The notes under the pieces: model-generated | What the model saw: only the letters and a program-made list of their open reading frames with translations | Databases searched by the model: none | What the model was told of the DNA's origin: nothing | Made by a program: the position numbers and the translations under genes | Assembly (NCBI GenBank): GCA_026066175.1 | Contig: GCA_026066175.1_4721.1 | Reading direction: 5' to 3' (one strand) | From: a phage | Length of the DNA stretch: 64,000 bases | Part shown: positions 19,012-28,577 of the stretch, piece after piece | Layout of the letters: each line of letters begins with the position of its first letter | How positions within the stretch are numbered: position 1 is the stretch's first letter

Positions 19012-21047
19012 AACGTGATTACATCCTCCGGTTTAGGTTCTTTACGCGGTAGAAGCATGTAGTCGATCGGATGATCTGGCTTCATGGTTGGGATATAACT
19101 GTTCGGGTTTTGGAACGCATCCAGTTGCTCTTGGTGAGCGAACTTCATACTCAAGGAGCGCATGTTCATGTTCTTCTTGAAGGTACTGAAATAACGAGTC
19201 GTTCCCTGTTTCGGCATGCGGTAATCTTTCGTGTGTGGTGAACGAATCATACTCGCGTAGAGAATAACGTCCAGATGCGATAGATTCATTCGTAAACGTT
19301 GCGCACACAGACGATGCCAATAATACAGTACGTTGGCTACTTCTTCTGGTGTCGCTTCATCTTCCGAAAGGAATCCTGCACTGAACGAACCTTTCCCGAA
19401 TTTGAATTCACGTTCGATTTCTTTTGCGTATTCCATCATGTTTTTATGGATGAGTGGCATCTGGAATAGCGTCCGTGAATTGTCCCAATGTTTCAAGTCG
19501 AAGATCACAATCCCGTCTGCTGTTACTTCCCAGCTATGGCGTTTGAGATAACGGATAAACGCTTTGCTTGGTACAACAGGACGTCCACAGAAATCGAAAT
19601 TGACTTTGAGTTTACGATAGCTCTCATCTTTCCTGTCGTAAATCTCCATATCGCAAAGCGTCATGTTGAACAGACGTTGCGGGATAAGCGAACTGATCTC
19701 TTCCGCTTCAGCTACATCGTACAACATGTTCGCCAGACCGAGTTTCATCTTAATCAGCACGTGTTTGCCTTTCAGCTCACGGGCTAATTTGATGTCGTTC
19801 ATGTTCTGGCTGTAACGAAGGATATGTTGATATTCCGGCGGGATTGGTGACGTAGACACGGTGGACGAACCATCGTGATGTTTGGTCGAAAGAATGTTCT
19901 GGGTAACCTGTTGTGAACCTGTACGTGCTGAGCAGTCTCCGATGTTGTCGGTCAATGCAAAGTTATGGCTTAATTCACCATAGCACGTTGCACAGACACC
20001 AGCAGGATCAGAATGATGACAGTAACAAACGGAACGCATGTTCACAATGGTACCGATCAATTCTTTCATGTGAGGCTGTATCGACAACAGCGAACCATCT
20101 TCACGTAAGATGAATCGACCGTGGAAACCTTTAAGATCGGTTTCATCACGTATCGGCATCGGAATGGTTTCTCTGCTTCCACAATCACCAGGATGCAGAC
20201 GTTGTACAACCGCCGTTGCGATTTGCAGCTCACGTCCGAAATATTCTGACTTCTTAATCTGCTCCTTGTTGAACAACAAAGATTTTGCCGCAGAGCGACT
20301 TTCTTTTAAGCTGTCCGGAAGCGAGATCAAGCCTGCTGCATACGAGCGCATCACTGGGTCACGGAAGATCTCCGAGTTGATATCGGTTAAGAAACCACGC
20401 ATCCCAATACACTGCAATACCTGTCCGATTGACACGTGTTCGGTTCTTACCGCACGTGCGATCGGGTTGGCATGCAATGTTTTATCGGTACTTAAAACTT
20501 TTGTTAGTTTCTTGTATGCGCTCTCAATACCTTCGCGGGTGGGTTCCGCTTCAGCGATGATTTTCTTCACTTCGGGATGTACGGTAATCTGATAAAAATC
20601 ATCCGCACAGATGGTCGTTACGTATTCCTCCAACGCATACGTAAAGAAGTTATAAACGTGGTTAAACATATCGAACAACGCTTTCCAGAGAACCTCACGA
20701 TTCTCTTGCGGATACGCATACATGCATTGACGATAGGCTGCGCTTTGTAATGCAACGGAAGAACCTGCCGTAAACTTGCGTTTATCCACCAGGTTCTCTT
20801 TCGTTAACGGTGTCTCAGGATACATGCGATGTAAAGACCAATGCATGTAGCTAAAGAAAATGCGTCGCGCACGCAATTCATGAACACCATCGTCCATCTC
20901 GATATACACACGGTCATTAGGCTGTGCCCACTCGAACACCTCATCAACCGGCCAATGCATAAGCTCTCGCGCCCGTACACGGCGTTTCGTGGTGATCGTC
21001 TGTACTGTATTCATTATTTTTACTTTCCGATTAAGTGGTTTTATCAT
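19008..21047 (-). CDS. Large hypothetical protein (679 aa), Cys-cluster containing; possibly a polymerase subunit
   Basis: ATGA overlap with the helicase start; contains CYCHHSDPAGVCATC. Function not assignable from sequence alone. Confidence 0.4.
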   Translation of the reverse strand: MIKPLNRKVKIMNTVQTITTKRRVRARELMHWPVDEVFEWAQPNDRVYIEMDDGVHELRARRIFFSYMHWSLHRMYPETPLTKENLVDKRKFTAGSSVALQSAAYRQCMYAYPQENREVLWKALFDMFNHVYNFFTYALEEYVTTICADDFYQITVHPEVKKIIAEAEPTREGIESAYKKLTKVLSTDKTLHANPIARAVRTEHVSIGQVLQCIGMRGFLTDINSEIFRDPVMRSYAAGLISLPDSLKESRSAAKSLLFNKEQIKKSEYFGRELQIATAVVQRLHPGDCGSRETIPMPIRDETDLKGFHGRFILREDGSLLSIQPHMKELIGTIVNMRSVCYCHHSDPAGVCATCYGELSHNFALTDNIGDCSARTGSQQVTQNILSTKHHDGSSTVSTSPIPPEYQHILRYSQNMNDIKLARELKGKHVLIKMKLGLANMLYDVAEAEEISSLIPQRLFNMTLCDMEIYDRKDESYRKLKVNFDFCGRPVVPSKAFIRYLKRHSWEVTADGIVIFDLKHWDNSRTLFQMPLIHKNMMEYAKEIEREFKFGKGSFSAGFLSEDEATPEEVANVLYYWHRLCAQRLRMNLSHLDVILYASMIRSPHTKDYRMPKQGTTRYFSTFKKNMNMRSLSMKFAHQEQLDAFQNPNSYIPTMKPDHPIDYMLLPRKEPKPEDVITL

Positions 21048-21122
21048 ACAGTGTATTCATTCCGTTGGAATTTACTCCGGGAGTCCCTTCCCTTAGGTTA
21101 TATAGGTGTTAATATATCTCGG

Positions 21123-21608
21123 TTATCCTGCTTTCTTCTGAAGGCTATAAGGATCCATCGCATCGGAGCGGTCGGCAACGATGGTAAGAATGAAGCCTTT
21201 TATCTGTCTCACTTCGGTAACCCGGAGTCCCCTATCGTTACGATAAACATTTTCTTCGCCGACCAGTTTTGGTCGAATAACATAAACCCCATCAACGAAC
21301 GGAAACGTTGAATACGGATAAATACCAATACGAATAATATTCGGATGATCACCTCGAGGGTCACGTCCAAACACATCAACTCTACCGTAAATCGTGCCGT
21401 CCGCACCTTCCACTTCAATAAGGTCGTTGCGAATATCCTGAAACAGTTGTTCTAAGGTCTCTACGGGATATGTATAAGCGACGCCTAATGCAACATCCTC
21501 AATGGTCTTAACGCTAAATCCGTTAAGCCAAATAATCCGATCATCTGTCCATGTTTCTTCATACGCTGTTAATCCGTCGCCGTATATGTTGGCGTGTGCT
21601 ATCTCCAT
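21123..21608 (-). CDS. Hypothetical protein (161 aa)
   Basis: ORF on the gene strand. Confidence 0.4.
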   Translation of the reverse strand: MEIAHANIYGDGLTAYEETWTDDRIIWLNGFSVKTIEDVALGVAYTYPVETLEQLFQDIRNDLIEVEGADGTIYGRVDVFGRDPRGDHPNIIRIGIYPYSTFPFVDGVYVIRPKLVGEENVYRNDRGLRVTEVRQIKGFILTIVADRSDAMDPYSLQKKAG

Positions 21609-21720
21609 AATCTCATTTCCTCTTCTCTGTTAGGATAAATGACATGCTGGATAACGTTGCCTTTGCATATATTGCTTTATTTCCGTCAGAAATAACGGAA
21701 AATAAAAACAACGGCATAAA

Positions 21721-21751
21721 CCCCTCCCACCTCCACATGGGAGAGGGAGGG
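21721..21751. terminator. GC-rich hairpin (cccctccc ... gggaggg)
   Basis: Inverted repeat in the intergenic gap. Confidence 0.45.
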
Positions 21752-21757
21752 TGTATG

Positions 21758-22120
21758 TTATTCTACATTATCTTCTACGGCTTCGGATTCATCCGCTTCT
21801 GCGAAGCTTTCCTGAACCGCAGTGGTATCCCAGTTCGCTGCGTAATCAGCCATGGCTTCGCGCAGCGCTTCTTCACCCGCATCACCAGCCAGGTCAAGTA
21901 CAACCAACCCTTGTGCGACGTTCTGCGCTACGGTATCGATAACCGTTGCATCCTCTTCAAAGCTACGTACCGGTTCAATGGTACCAACATCAACAGCGTA
22001 GTTCGTGGTTGCGGTAAGGACAGCAACCTGTAATGCGTTGCTGTCTTCGTCATGAAGTGCTGCTTCAATACCGATTGGACGGGCCAGTTCTTGCAGTGTC
22101 AATTTACGAATTAAGTTCAT
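21758..22120 (-). CDS. Small highly acidic protein (120 aa)
   Basis: Very D/E-rich throughout, especially the C-terminus (ESFAEADESEAVEDNVE). Confidence 0.4.
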   Translation of the reverse strand: MNLIRKLTLQELARPIGIEAALHDEDSNALQVAVLTATTNYAVDVGTIEPVRSFEEDATVIDTVAQNVAQGLVVLDLAGDAGEEALREAMADYAANWDTTAVQESFAEADESEAVEDNVE

Positions 22121-22143
22121 TATGTCTTTTCCTCAGGTGAATG

Positions 22144-22572
22144 TTAGCAATCGTTTAAAACTTTTTCGATACGATGGTTGACAAGCTCATTGAACGACTC
22201 TTCTGCTTGTTCGATAATTTCATCAACGTCAATATCTAATCGTTGGGGTTGGATGACGTGCTCTTTCATGGTTTCCAGCCAGTATTCGGCTTTAATCATG
22301 ACGTTAACAACATGTTCAACCTGACTGCGTAGGTCGATAATCTGGCAATCAGGATTATTAATATCGATGACGTGTCCGTGGTGGTTGATAAACCCAAGCT
22401 TATTCGATGCTTTTACGGCATCGCGAGTAAGTTCTTGCAGGATTAACGCATTTACGTAATTCACTGCGACGGAACGATTTTCTTTATCACTCATACCAGG
22501 GATCCTCTTTAAGTGTTCACATTCTAGTGTTAAGCAGTTAAAATAAACCGTTCCTTTAATCAGCATAAGCAT
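22144..22572 (-). CDS. Hypothetical protein (142 aa)
   Basis: ORF on the gene strand. Confidence 0.4.
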   Translation of the reverse strand: MLMLIKGTVYFNCLTLECEHLKRIPGMSDKENRSVAVNYVNALILQELTRDAVKASNKLGFINHHGHVIDINNPDCQIIDLRSQVEHVVNVMIKAEYWLETMKEHVIQPQRLDIDVDEIIEQAEESFNELVNHRIEKVLNDC

Positions 22573-22601
22573 CCTCCTCCCACCGCACGGGCAGGAGGAG
22601 G
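22573..22601. terminator. GC-rich hairpin (cctcctcc / ggaggagg)
   Basis: Inverted repeat in the intergenic gap. Confidence 0.45.
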
Positions 22602-22612
22602 CGTAATATGCG

Positions 22613-23080
22613 TCAGAAAGGAAGACGATCTTTATATTCTAACAACGTATCTTCGAAGCAGGCTGCTAGCTCAGACTGCAATTCGATTCGACCTTGTTCA
22701 CCAAACAACTCCAACAGCATCAATCCACGCGCTGTTTTCGTTGCGACCTCTTCACAAATACAAAGGTCGTGTGCAACGTCATCACCAACATCCTTACGTA
22801 ACTGTGCTGCAATGGGCTTAAGATTGCCGTCCTCGTCGTATTCGTCACGAAACGCATCATAAGCCGCATCAATGTTCGCCGTCCGCGTCAATCCTTCGGA
22901 ATCTCGCCAGTCTCGATAGAGTCCAAGCAGACGATTGTGATTCTTCGTCTTGACGTTAGGTGCTGGAAGATTGCGCAATAGATGCGGAGTAATCAATGCA
23001 ATCACGCTGTCTGAATGATCCATATCTACCTCGTTAGCTTTCGCAATCATCCGCATCGATGATCTGACCACCAGCAACAT
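22613..23080 (-). CDS. Hypothetical protein
   Basis: ORF on the gene strand; start uncertain because it overlaps the 3' end of the upstream gene. Confidence 0.35.
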   Translation of the reverse strand: MLLVVRSSMRMIAKANEVDMDHSDSVIALITPHLLRNLPAPNVKTKNHNRLLGLYRDWRDSEGLTRTANIDAAYDAFRDEYDEDGNLKPIAAQLRKDVGDDVAHDLCICEEVATKTARGLMLLELFGEQGRIELQSELAACFEDTLLEYKDRLPF

Positions 23081-25202
23081 TCAACTGGTGATACAATATC
23101 CTCAACGCACGGTTACCCCCAATGGGATACTTCTCGAAGTTGGTCGCAATCGGAATCGCAGAGGGTTTGTCGGTTGCATAGATGCTTTCCGTGATGCTAT
23201 CCACCTGTTTCGGGTTGTTCGCGTAATCCATGAATACGCTTGCGAACCATCCACCGGCGAAGGCGGTGACTTCGCGATGTTCAGATTCACCACAATAACG
23301 TGTTGGTTGCTCTTTACCAGGAGAACTGTACTTATCACTGTTGCTGAGTTTCGACGGCAAACCATGTGCTTGCAGTTTAGGAATACCTACCGCAGACCAA
23401 TCGTTTGCTGTCTTCTCCAACATCATGATGTACGTATCACCAATCGCAATATCGTTCTTGGTGGTTCGCCATTGACCAGAACGACCACGATAGCGTACAG
23501 GGCCTTTCTTCAACGGGAACTCTCGAATCAGGTTCTCCATACGCTCCGAGCCTGCTGCGATACTGTCTGTCGGGATATAGACTTCTGTACCATGGCGTTG
23601 TACGTAACGTAGATGGTCCCATTTATCGTCATCTGTGATACAATGTTTCTCAACAACCTGCTCCACAAACTCAGGACTAACGATATAGTAGTAACGCATC
23701 AATGTGTTCCATGCGGTTTCCAGATCGCCTGCATCCATTACCGGTTTCAGTTCACGCATGATCTGGTCGCCAACACCATTGATATACGGTGCGTTAACAC
23801 GACTTAAACTCATCCTTTTAATTACCGTGCTGTCGTCGAACATAAAGTCCGCAACATTCCCCCATTGGTCTACGGGCATCTCGTCATCTTCCATGATATC
23901 CGTTACGACGAATTTATCACCCGCCATACCGGTAAATTTAAATCCGATACCAGGGACCACATCGTAGGTATACGTGATGGTCACACGCCAGTCATCAAGA
24001 TTCTCCTTACGATAATCACGGGTCGGCAACACATGACGTAGCTGACCGTTCGGATTGCGAATGTCAATACCATGCTCAGCATCAGCGAGGTTCAACCACC
24101 ACATCACCGTCTGATGATGTCTGATGGGTGTACCAGCACGTTCACGTTCGTATTTACGCACCGCATCCTGAATACGGGTATACAGCAGACCGATGGCGTT
24201 TTCATATTTCAGGAATTGACGATACGGAGGACGCATCTTCTCTTCCATCATAATCGCACGCTCGCGGGCTTGACATCCAGAACGACGATGTCGATCGCTG
24301 ACAACATCGATATCCGTTACACGCGCATTCGGCTCAGCGTAAGTGAGATCATCGTAAACATAATCCACACGCTGAAGATTGCACGTCATCATGTCAACGA
24401 CGCTGAGGATAGGATCGATTTCGCGTGTTGCTGCAAGTAACCCATCTTTACGAATACGCTCACCGTTCTCGGGTATTGCTTGATATACCTCGTCATCACC
24501 GTAGAGATTGATTGGGTATCGCGATTTACCTGATGTAATTGTTCGCTTCTCAATACCGGTACTGGTGAAATGCTTCAATACACCACGACGAGCAACACCA
24601 CCATCTTCAATACACTGGTAGAAGCTACCGAAACACACCTTGCAATCGCGACCGTAACCCCACTCGCGTGTTTCTTGATTGATCGCTGGGCTTTCCATCA
24701 AACGAGAATATCGCGGTACAATCTGGCCTCGACGAAGGGAATGGAACAAGTTGGTTGGTCGAAAACGGAAACCGTACTGCTGATGCATGATGTGATGCTC
24801 AGGCACTTCAAGCAAGCGTAGCTCGTGACGGTTACCATCCTCTTGGTTTTCATACAGCACGTAATGCATCGTGTTTGTTTTGATGCTGTTTGCTGTATGT
24901 CCTGGTTGAAACCGCGGAATGATATCTATGATGCGAGATTCAACTGGAAACTCTACTGACCAAGTGTTCTGTCCGTACTGGTATTCAATCCCCGTCGTTA
25001 ATCGGGACGGCTTCGCATCTTTGATAACCAACGCTTGGCTAAGATGTCCACCAAACATCGCAGCGCGCTGTGCTGAGTTATAATGCAATAGCCCGTTAAG
25101 TCCAGTCCCTACACCCGTATACTCCTGTTTAATGGGAATGATTTTACCTTCAGCGATTGCCTGCTTCACAGATTCATAAAGAGGTTTTTCTTTATAATGC
25201 AT
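23034..25202 (-). CDS. Multisubunit RNA polymerase beta-subunit-like protein (C-terminal beta motifs)
   Basis: FTGMAGDKFVVTDIMEDDEMPVDQWGNVADFMFD resembles the beta GDKxAGRHGNKGV...ED.P...G.P.D region. Start trimmed from 25367 to ATG 25202..25200, preceded by AGGAAG. Confidence 0.5.
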   Translation of the reverse strand: MHYKEKPLYESVKQAIAEGKIIPIKQEYTGVGTGLNGLLHYNSAQRAAMFGGHLSQALVIKDAKPSRLTTGIEYQYGQNTWSVEFPVESRIIDIIPRFQPGHTANSIKTNTMHYVLYENQEDGNRHELRLLEVPEHHIMHQQYGFRFRPTNLFHSLRRGQIVPRYSRLMESPAINQETREWGYGRDCKVCFGSFYQCIEDGGVARRGVLKHFTSTGIEKRTITSGKSRYPINLYGDDEVYQAIPENGERIRKDGLLAATREIDPILSVVDMMTCNLQRVDYVYDDLTYAEPNARVTDIDVVSDRHRRSGCQARERAIMMEEKMRPPYRQFLKYENAIGLLYTRIQDAVRKYERERAGTPIRHHQTVMWWLNLADAEHGIDIRNPNGQLRHVLPTRDYRKENLDDWRVTITYTYDVVPGIGFKFTGMAGDKFVVTDIMEDDEMPVDQWGNVADFMFDDSTVIKRMSLSRVNAPYINGVGDQIMRELKPVMDAGDLETAWNTLMRYYYIVSPEFVEQVVEKHCITDDDKWDHLRYVQRHGTEVYIPTDSIAAGSERMENLIREFPLKKGPVRYRGRSGQWRTTKNDIAIGDTYIMMLEKTANDWSAVGIPKLQAHGLPSKLSNSDKYSSPGKEQPTRYCGESEHREVTAFAGGWFASVFMDYANNPKQVDSITESIYATDKPSAIPIATNFEKYPIGGNRALRILYHQLNVAGGQIIDADDCES

Positions 25203-25233
25203 AGGACTTCCTATTATCGAATTGAGGTACGTC

Positions 25234-25587
25234 ATGTCTAATACGCCCCTGAACGACTTTCTTAAGACAAACCCCGATGACCTCATCCACAACCTTGATT
25301 TCAGGAACGTTGTTGAGATGCATCTGGAATATTTCAAAAATGCCGGTTTGGTTTCTACGATAGACATACCACCCGAACGCGCCTACGAATTCGATGGTAA
25401 CTTTTATGGATTATGTCGGGTTATGCTTGGCGAAGGCAGTGAACCTATGCACTGGGTTACCCTAAGAATCAACGGTTATCGTGATCCTACGGAATACACC
25501 GCCGATGTCCTAACGATGAAGATTGTCGATTCAAGCGCCATCAACACGTTAAAACAGCAATATCGCACAATCCACTACAGCGCTTAA
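25234..25587 (+). CDS. Hypothetical protein
   Basis: Track start 25222 is TTG; first ATG at 25234 is preceded by GAGGT. Followed by a hairpin. Confidence 0.4.
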   Translation: MSNTPLNDFLKTNPDDLIHNLDFRNVVEMHLEYFKNAGLVSTIDIPPERAYEFDGNFYGLCRVMLGEGSEPMHWVTLRINGYRDPTEYTADVLTMKIVDSSAINTLKQQYRTIHYSA

Positions 25588-25592
25588 GATAA

Positions 25593-25621
25593 CCCTCCCA
25601 CGGCGTAAAGCGGCGGGAGGG
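25593..25621. terminator. GC-rich hairpin (ccctccc / gggaggg)
   Basis: Lies between convergent genes. Confidence 0.45.
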
Positions 25622-25653
25622 CATTTATGCCGTCGTTCGATGCTTTTAGCGCA

Positions 25654-26934
25654 TCAGAAGCGATTTACAGGACGACCTGTCCACGCGTTCAGGATAGTGT
25701 TACGTTCCATCTCAGCGCGACGACGCAGCCCGTTCGGCGTCTGCGGTGCTGGTGGCATCCCCCATCCTGCAGGTTGCGCACCCATGCCTGGCCAAGCCCC
25801 AGTATTGAACATCGTACCGTTACGTTCCGCTACACGGTTCATCAGCATATCGAACGTACTATTACCTCCTGGTTGGTTAGCACCTCCTTCCCACGGATTA
25901 GGTTGAACCGGCGCGGTCTTACCTAACAGGTTATCGATGACATTACCTGATGCAGTAGGACGTGGTTGCATACCTTCATGTGCGGCGGCTGATGGATTTG
26001 GCTTAACCGTAGGTTGCGGTCGACTGTTGAGCGTTACACCCATGTTGTATTTCGCTGGAGGAATCTGTCCGCGATGCTGATTAATCGGTTCAAAGTCCTC
26101 AACCCAGGTAACGTCGCAATACCCATTCTCTTTACCGTCGTACTTATCACCAAACAGTTTGATGAGGTTATTCAACGGTTCCATCAGCTTAGCGAAGCTG
26201 TGGATAAGGCAATCGAAATACGGTGCATGCGGATCGCTTGACCCAGCGTTATACGTTTCACTGACTTCGCTTGCGTGCGGGATAACATACTCAACCAGGT
26301 TTCTCAGCATGTTAAGATCTTTCTTGGAGATCTCAACACCACACCAGTACGTTTTCTTATCTTTCGTGCTGATGTGTTCTTCTTCCATGAACGGGAAAGT
26401 AACAACGGCAACACGGGTCATCTTCTTACCCATGTAGGTTGCACCAGTACGACGAAGATAGATTTTAGACAGCGTATACGGTGTATCACGTTTCAGCCAA
26501 ACGGTAACCAGTTTACCCAGGGTCGTTAACGTCTTATCGCTGGCGTCCGCAAGGATGTTGAAGAACTCTTTCTGCTTCGGACCGAAACGTTTTGCTTCTT
26601 TCGGGTTGATCGCGGTTTCAACCATCCAAATCAGCATGGAGCACAGCGTAGCGTTAAAACGGACAACCATCGCACGACGCAGGAACTGCAGCACTTCCGA
26701 TTCGCCGTTCATCACGTCTTCACTTAACGGATGGAACAGCACACGTTCGGCAAGATGGCTTCCTGTACGCACTTCGGTAACCGGCATCAGCAACGGCATG
26801 CTTTCCACGGTAGCGGCAACTGCAACAACCTTACCATCACCATCTGTAAAGCGGTACTCTAACTCATGAGCATCGTTTTCAAAATAGTTAACGCTTTGTA
26901 GCGCTTTACGATAAGCTTCAATAAGCTTCGACAT
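25654..26934 (-). CDS. Hypothetical protein (426 aa)
   Basis: ORF on the gene strand; Pro/Gly-rich C-terminal tail. Confidence 0.45.
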   Translation of the reverse strand: MSKLIEAYRKALQSVNYFENDAHELEYRFTDGDGKVVAVAATVESMPLLMPVTEVRTGSHLAERVLFHPLSEDVMNGESEVLQFLRRAMVVRFNATLCSMLIWMVETAINPKEAKRFGPKQKEFFNILADASDKTLTTLGKLVTVWLKRDTPYTLSKIYLRRTGATYMGKKMTRVAVVTFPFMEEEHISTKDKKTYWCGVEISKKDLNMLRNLVEYVIPHASEVSETYNAGSSDPHAPYFDCLIHSFAKLMEPLNNLIKLFGDKYDGKENGYCDVTWVEDFEPINQHRGQIPPAKYNMGVTLNSRPQPTVKPNPSAAAHEGMQPRPTASGNVIDNLLGKTAPVQPNPWEGGANQPGGNSTFDMLMNRVAERNGTMFNTGAWPGMGAQPAGWGMPPAPQTPNGLRRRAEMERNTILNAWTGRPVNRF

Positions 26935-26962
26935 ATTGTATTTCCTTTTCTTTTACGACAAT

Positions 26963-26983
26963 GGTCCCCCATGACAGGGGACC
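26963..26983. terminator. Hairpin (ggtcccc / ggggacc)
   Basis: Inverted repeat in the intergenic gap. Confidence 0.4.
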
Positions 26984-26989
26984 TATGGA

Positions 26990-28576
26990 TTAGAAGTTGC
27001 CTTTGGTGGTTACAGCATCAACCAGGTTGAACAAATCGATGCTCAGCTTATACACTTCCTGCTGGCTACGGTTAAGCAGCGGGCTATAAGCAGAAGGGTT
27101 GATGTTCGGCATGGTGTATGGAATCGGGGCAGAGCCATCAACGCTGATCTTGAACTGGCTATCCAGGAACAGGTTAATTGCGCCACTTACCATAACCGCA
27201 TTCGGGTTGTTCCCTAACATCGACGGTAAGATGTTGATGATCATATCGGAACGCATCTGCTCAGCAGCACGGTTACAGTCGTAGCCTTTAATGAACGGTA
27301 CCGCATCGGTAACCGCAACCGCCCACTGGCCTGGCATGATGCCCAGCTCTGGGTGACCGTGGTTGTCTGCAATGAAACGGAACGATTCCAGCATGCGATA
27401 CGTCATCGCCGCAGGCATCATGGACGCCAGCGAGGAGCAATAGATCGTTGGATAATCGATCACATCCCAGCTTTGGCTATCCGTTGGCATCCAACCGAAT
27501 TCGGTGGTTGCTGATGTACCGCGACGGGCTTCCACATACGGGAACAGCGTCAGGACATCACGGATATGTTCACCGAAATGCCGTTTCATTTCACCCCAGC
27601 TCAGGCTACCGTTAAACGAAAAGCCCTCATCACGCATGATCTCATTGAACATCGTGTGCGCAACCAGCGGTTGTTCACGGACGTATTGAGAAGCCTCAAC
27701 GTAAACATCCTCGTTGTTGGCCTCGCCGGGATGAGAACCTAGCTCGAAGGTCTGACGAACGGTACCCACGCTATCGAACGCTTTCTTCAGATAGATGGTT
27801 GGGATATTTGTATCGATGCTGGCGGGTTTTACCTTCTCTGTTGCAAAACACAGCGCAGCATCCATACCACGAACAACCGGTTCCTGTTGTGGTCGGTATG
27901 TTGAGTGGTTCACGACGTCCGCATACATCGGGTCGAACTGTTGCATCACGTTCTGCATCGAAGGATCCATGAACTGATTGTCCATACCACCATTACCGAG
28001 CCAACGTGCAGTCGATGCGTAGGTCAGCGTATCCTGCACACGGGTACTGAACTGAACGTCGTTGTTCATTGGGTCATACGCCCCGGTAAGCAGATGGATA
28101 GCATCTTGAGGAGCTGCACGTACAACCTGTTTACCGAACATATCAACGGTGGTTGTTTCCAGCACGATAATGACGTTGGTGAAGAAGAACTGCAATTCGT
28201 TCGGTAGATCTTGTACGCGGGTTGTGTATGCATCCAACGGAACAGAATAATCGGTGTATCCAGACACGTAATGAACACGTTTGCTTCCTGGAGCTAACGC
28301 AACCGATTCTTCTGCTGCCATCATGAAATGGAAACGACGGGTACCCCAACCATTAGCAATCTCTGAAACCCCTTCCGGCTGTGCGGTTTGCTCTAACATC
28401 CCGGCAGCCAGTTTATTGATCGCTGATGGTGTTGTCGCGGTGCCGAATCGCGTTGTGTTAATAAACTCTTCCAGGCTATGCATGCTGTCAGCGTGGAACT
28501 GAATTGGACGACGGTGCACATTGTTGTATGGTGCGGTTTCAACCATCAGGATTTCACGAACATTCATCGATACCAT
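26990..28576 (-). CDS. Hypothetical protein (528 aa)
   Basis: Long ORF with consistent coding composition. Confidence 0.45.
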   Translation of the reverse strand: MVSMNVREILMVETAPYNNVHRRPIQFHADSMHSLEEFINTTRFGTATTPSAINKLAAGMLEQTAQPEGVSEIANGWGTRRFHFMMAAEESVALAPGSKRVHYVSGYTDYSVPLDAYTTRVQDLPNELQFFFTNVIIVLETTTVDMFGKQVVRAAPQDAIHLLTGAYDPMNNDVQFSTRVQDTLTYASTARWLGNGGMDNQFMDPSMQNVMQQFDPMYADVVNHSTYRPQQEPVVRGMDAALCFATEKVKPASIDTNIPTIYLKKAFDSVGTVRQTFELGSHPGEANNEDVYVEASQYVREQPLVAHTMFNEIMRDEGFSFNGSLSWGEMKRHFGEHIRDVLTLFPYVEARRGTSATTEFGWMPTDSQSWDVIDYPTIYCSSLASMMPAAMTYRMLESFRFIADNHGHPELGIMPGQWAVAVTDAVPFIKGYDCNRAAEQMRSDMIINILPSMLGNNPNAVMVSGAINLFLDSQFKISVDGSAPIPYTMPNINPSAYSPLLNRSQQEVYKLSIDLFNLVDAVTTKGNF

Positions 28577-28577
28577 T

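Noticed and set aside
21048-21122. tatatagg / ttaatatatc sequences as a fifth early-promoter copy
   Set aside because: Only a partial match to the gtaatata..gtgaaa motif shared by copies A to D.
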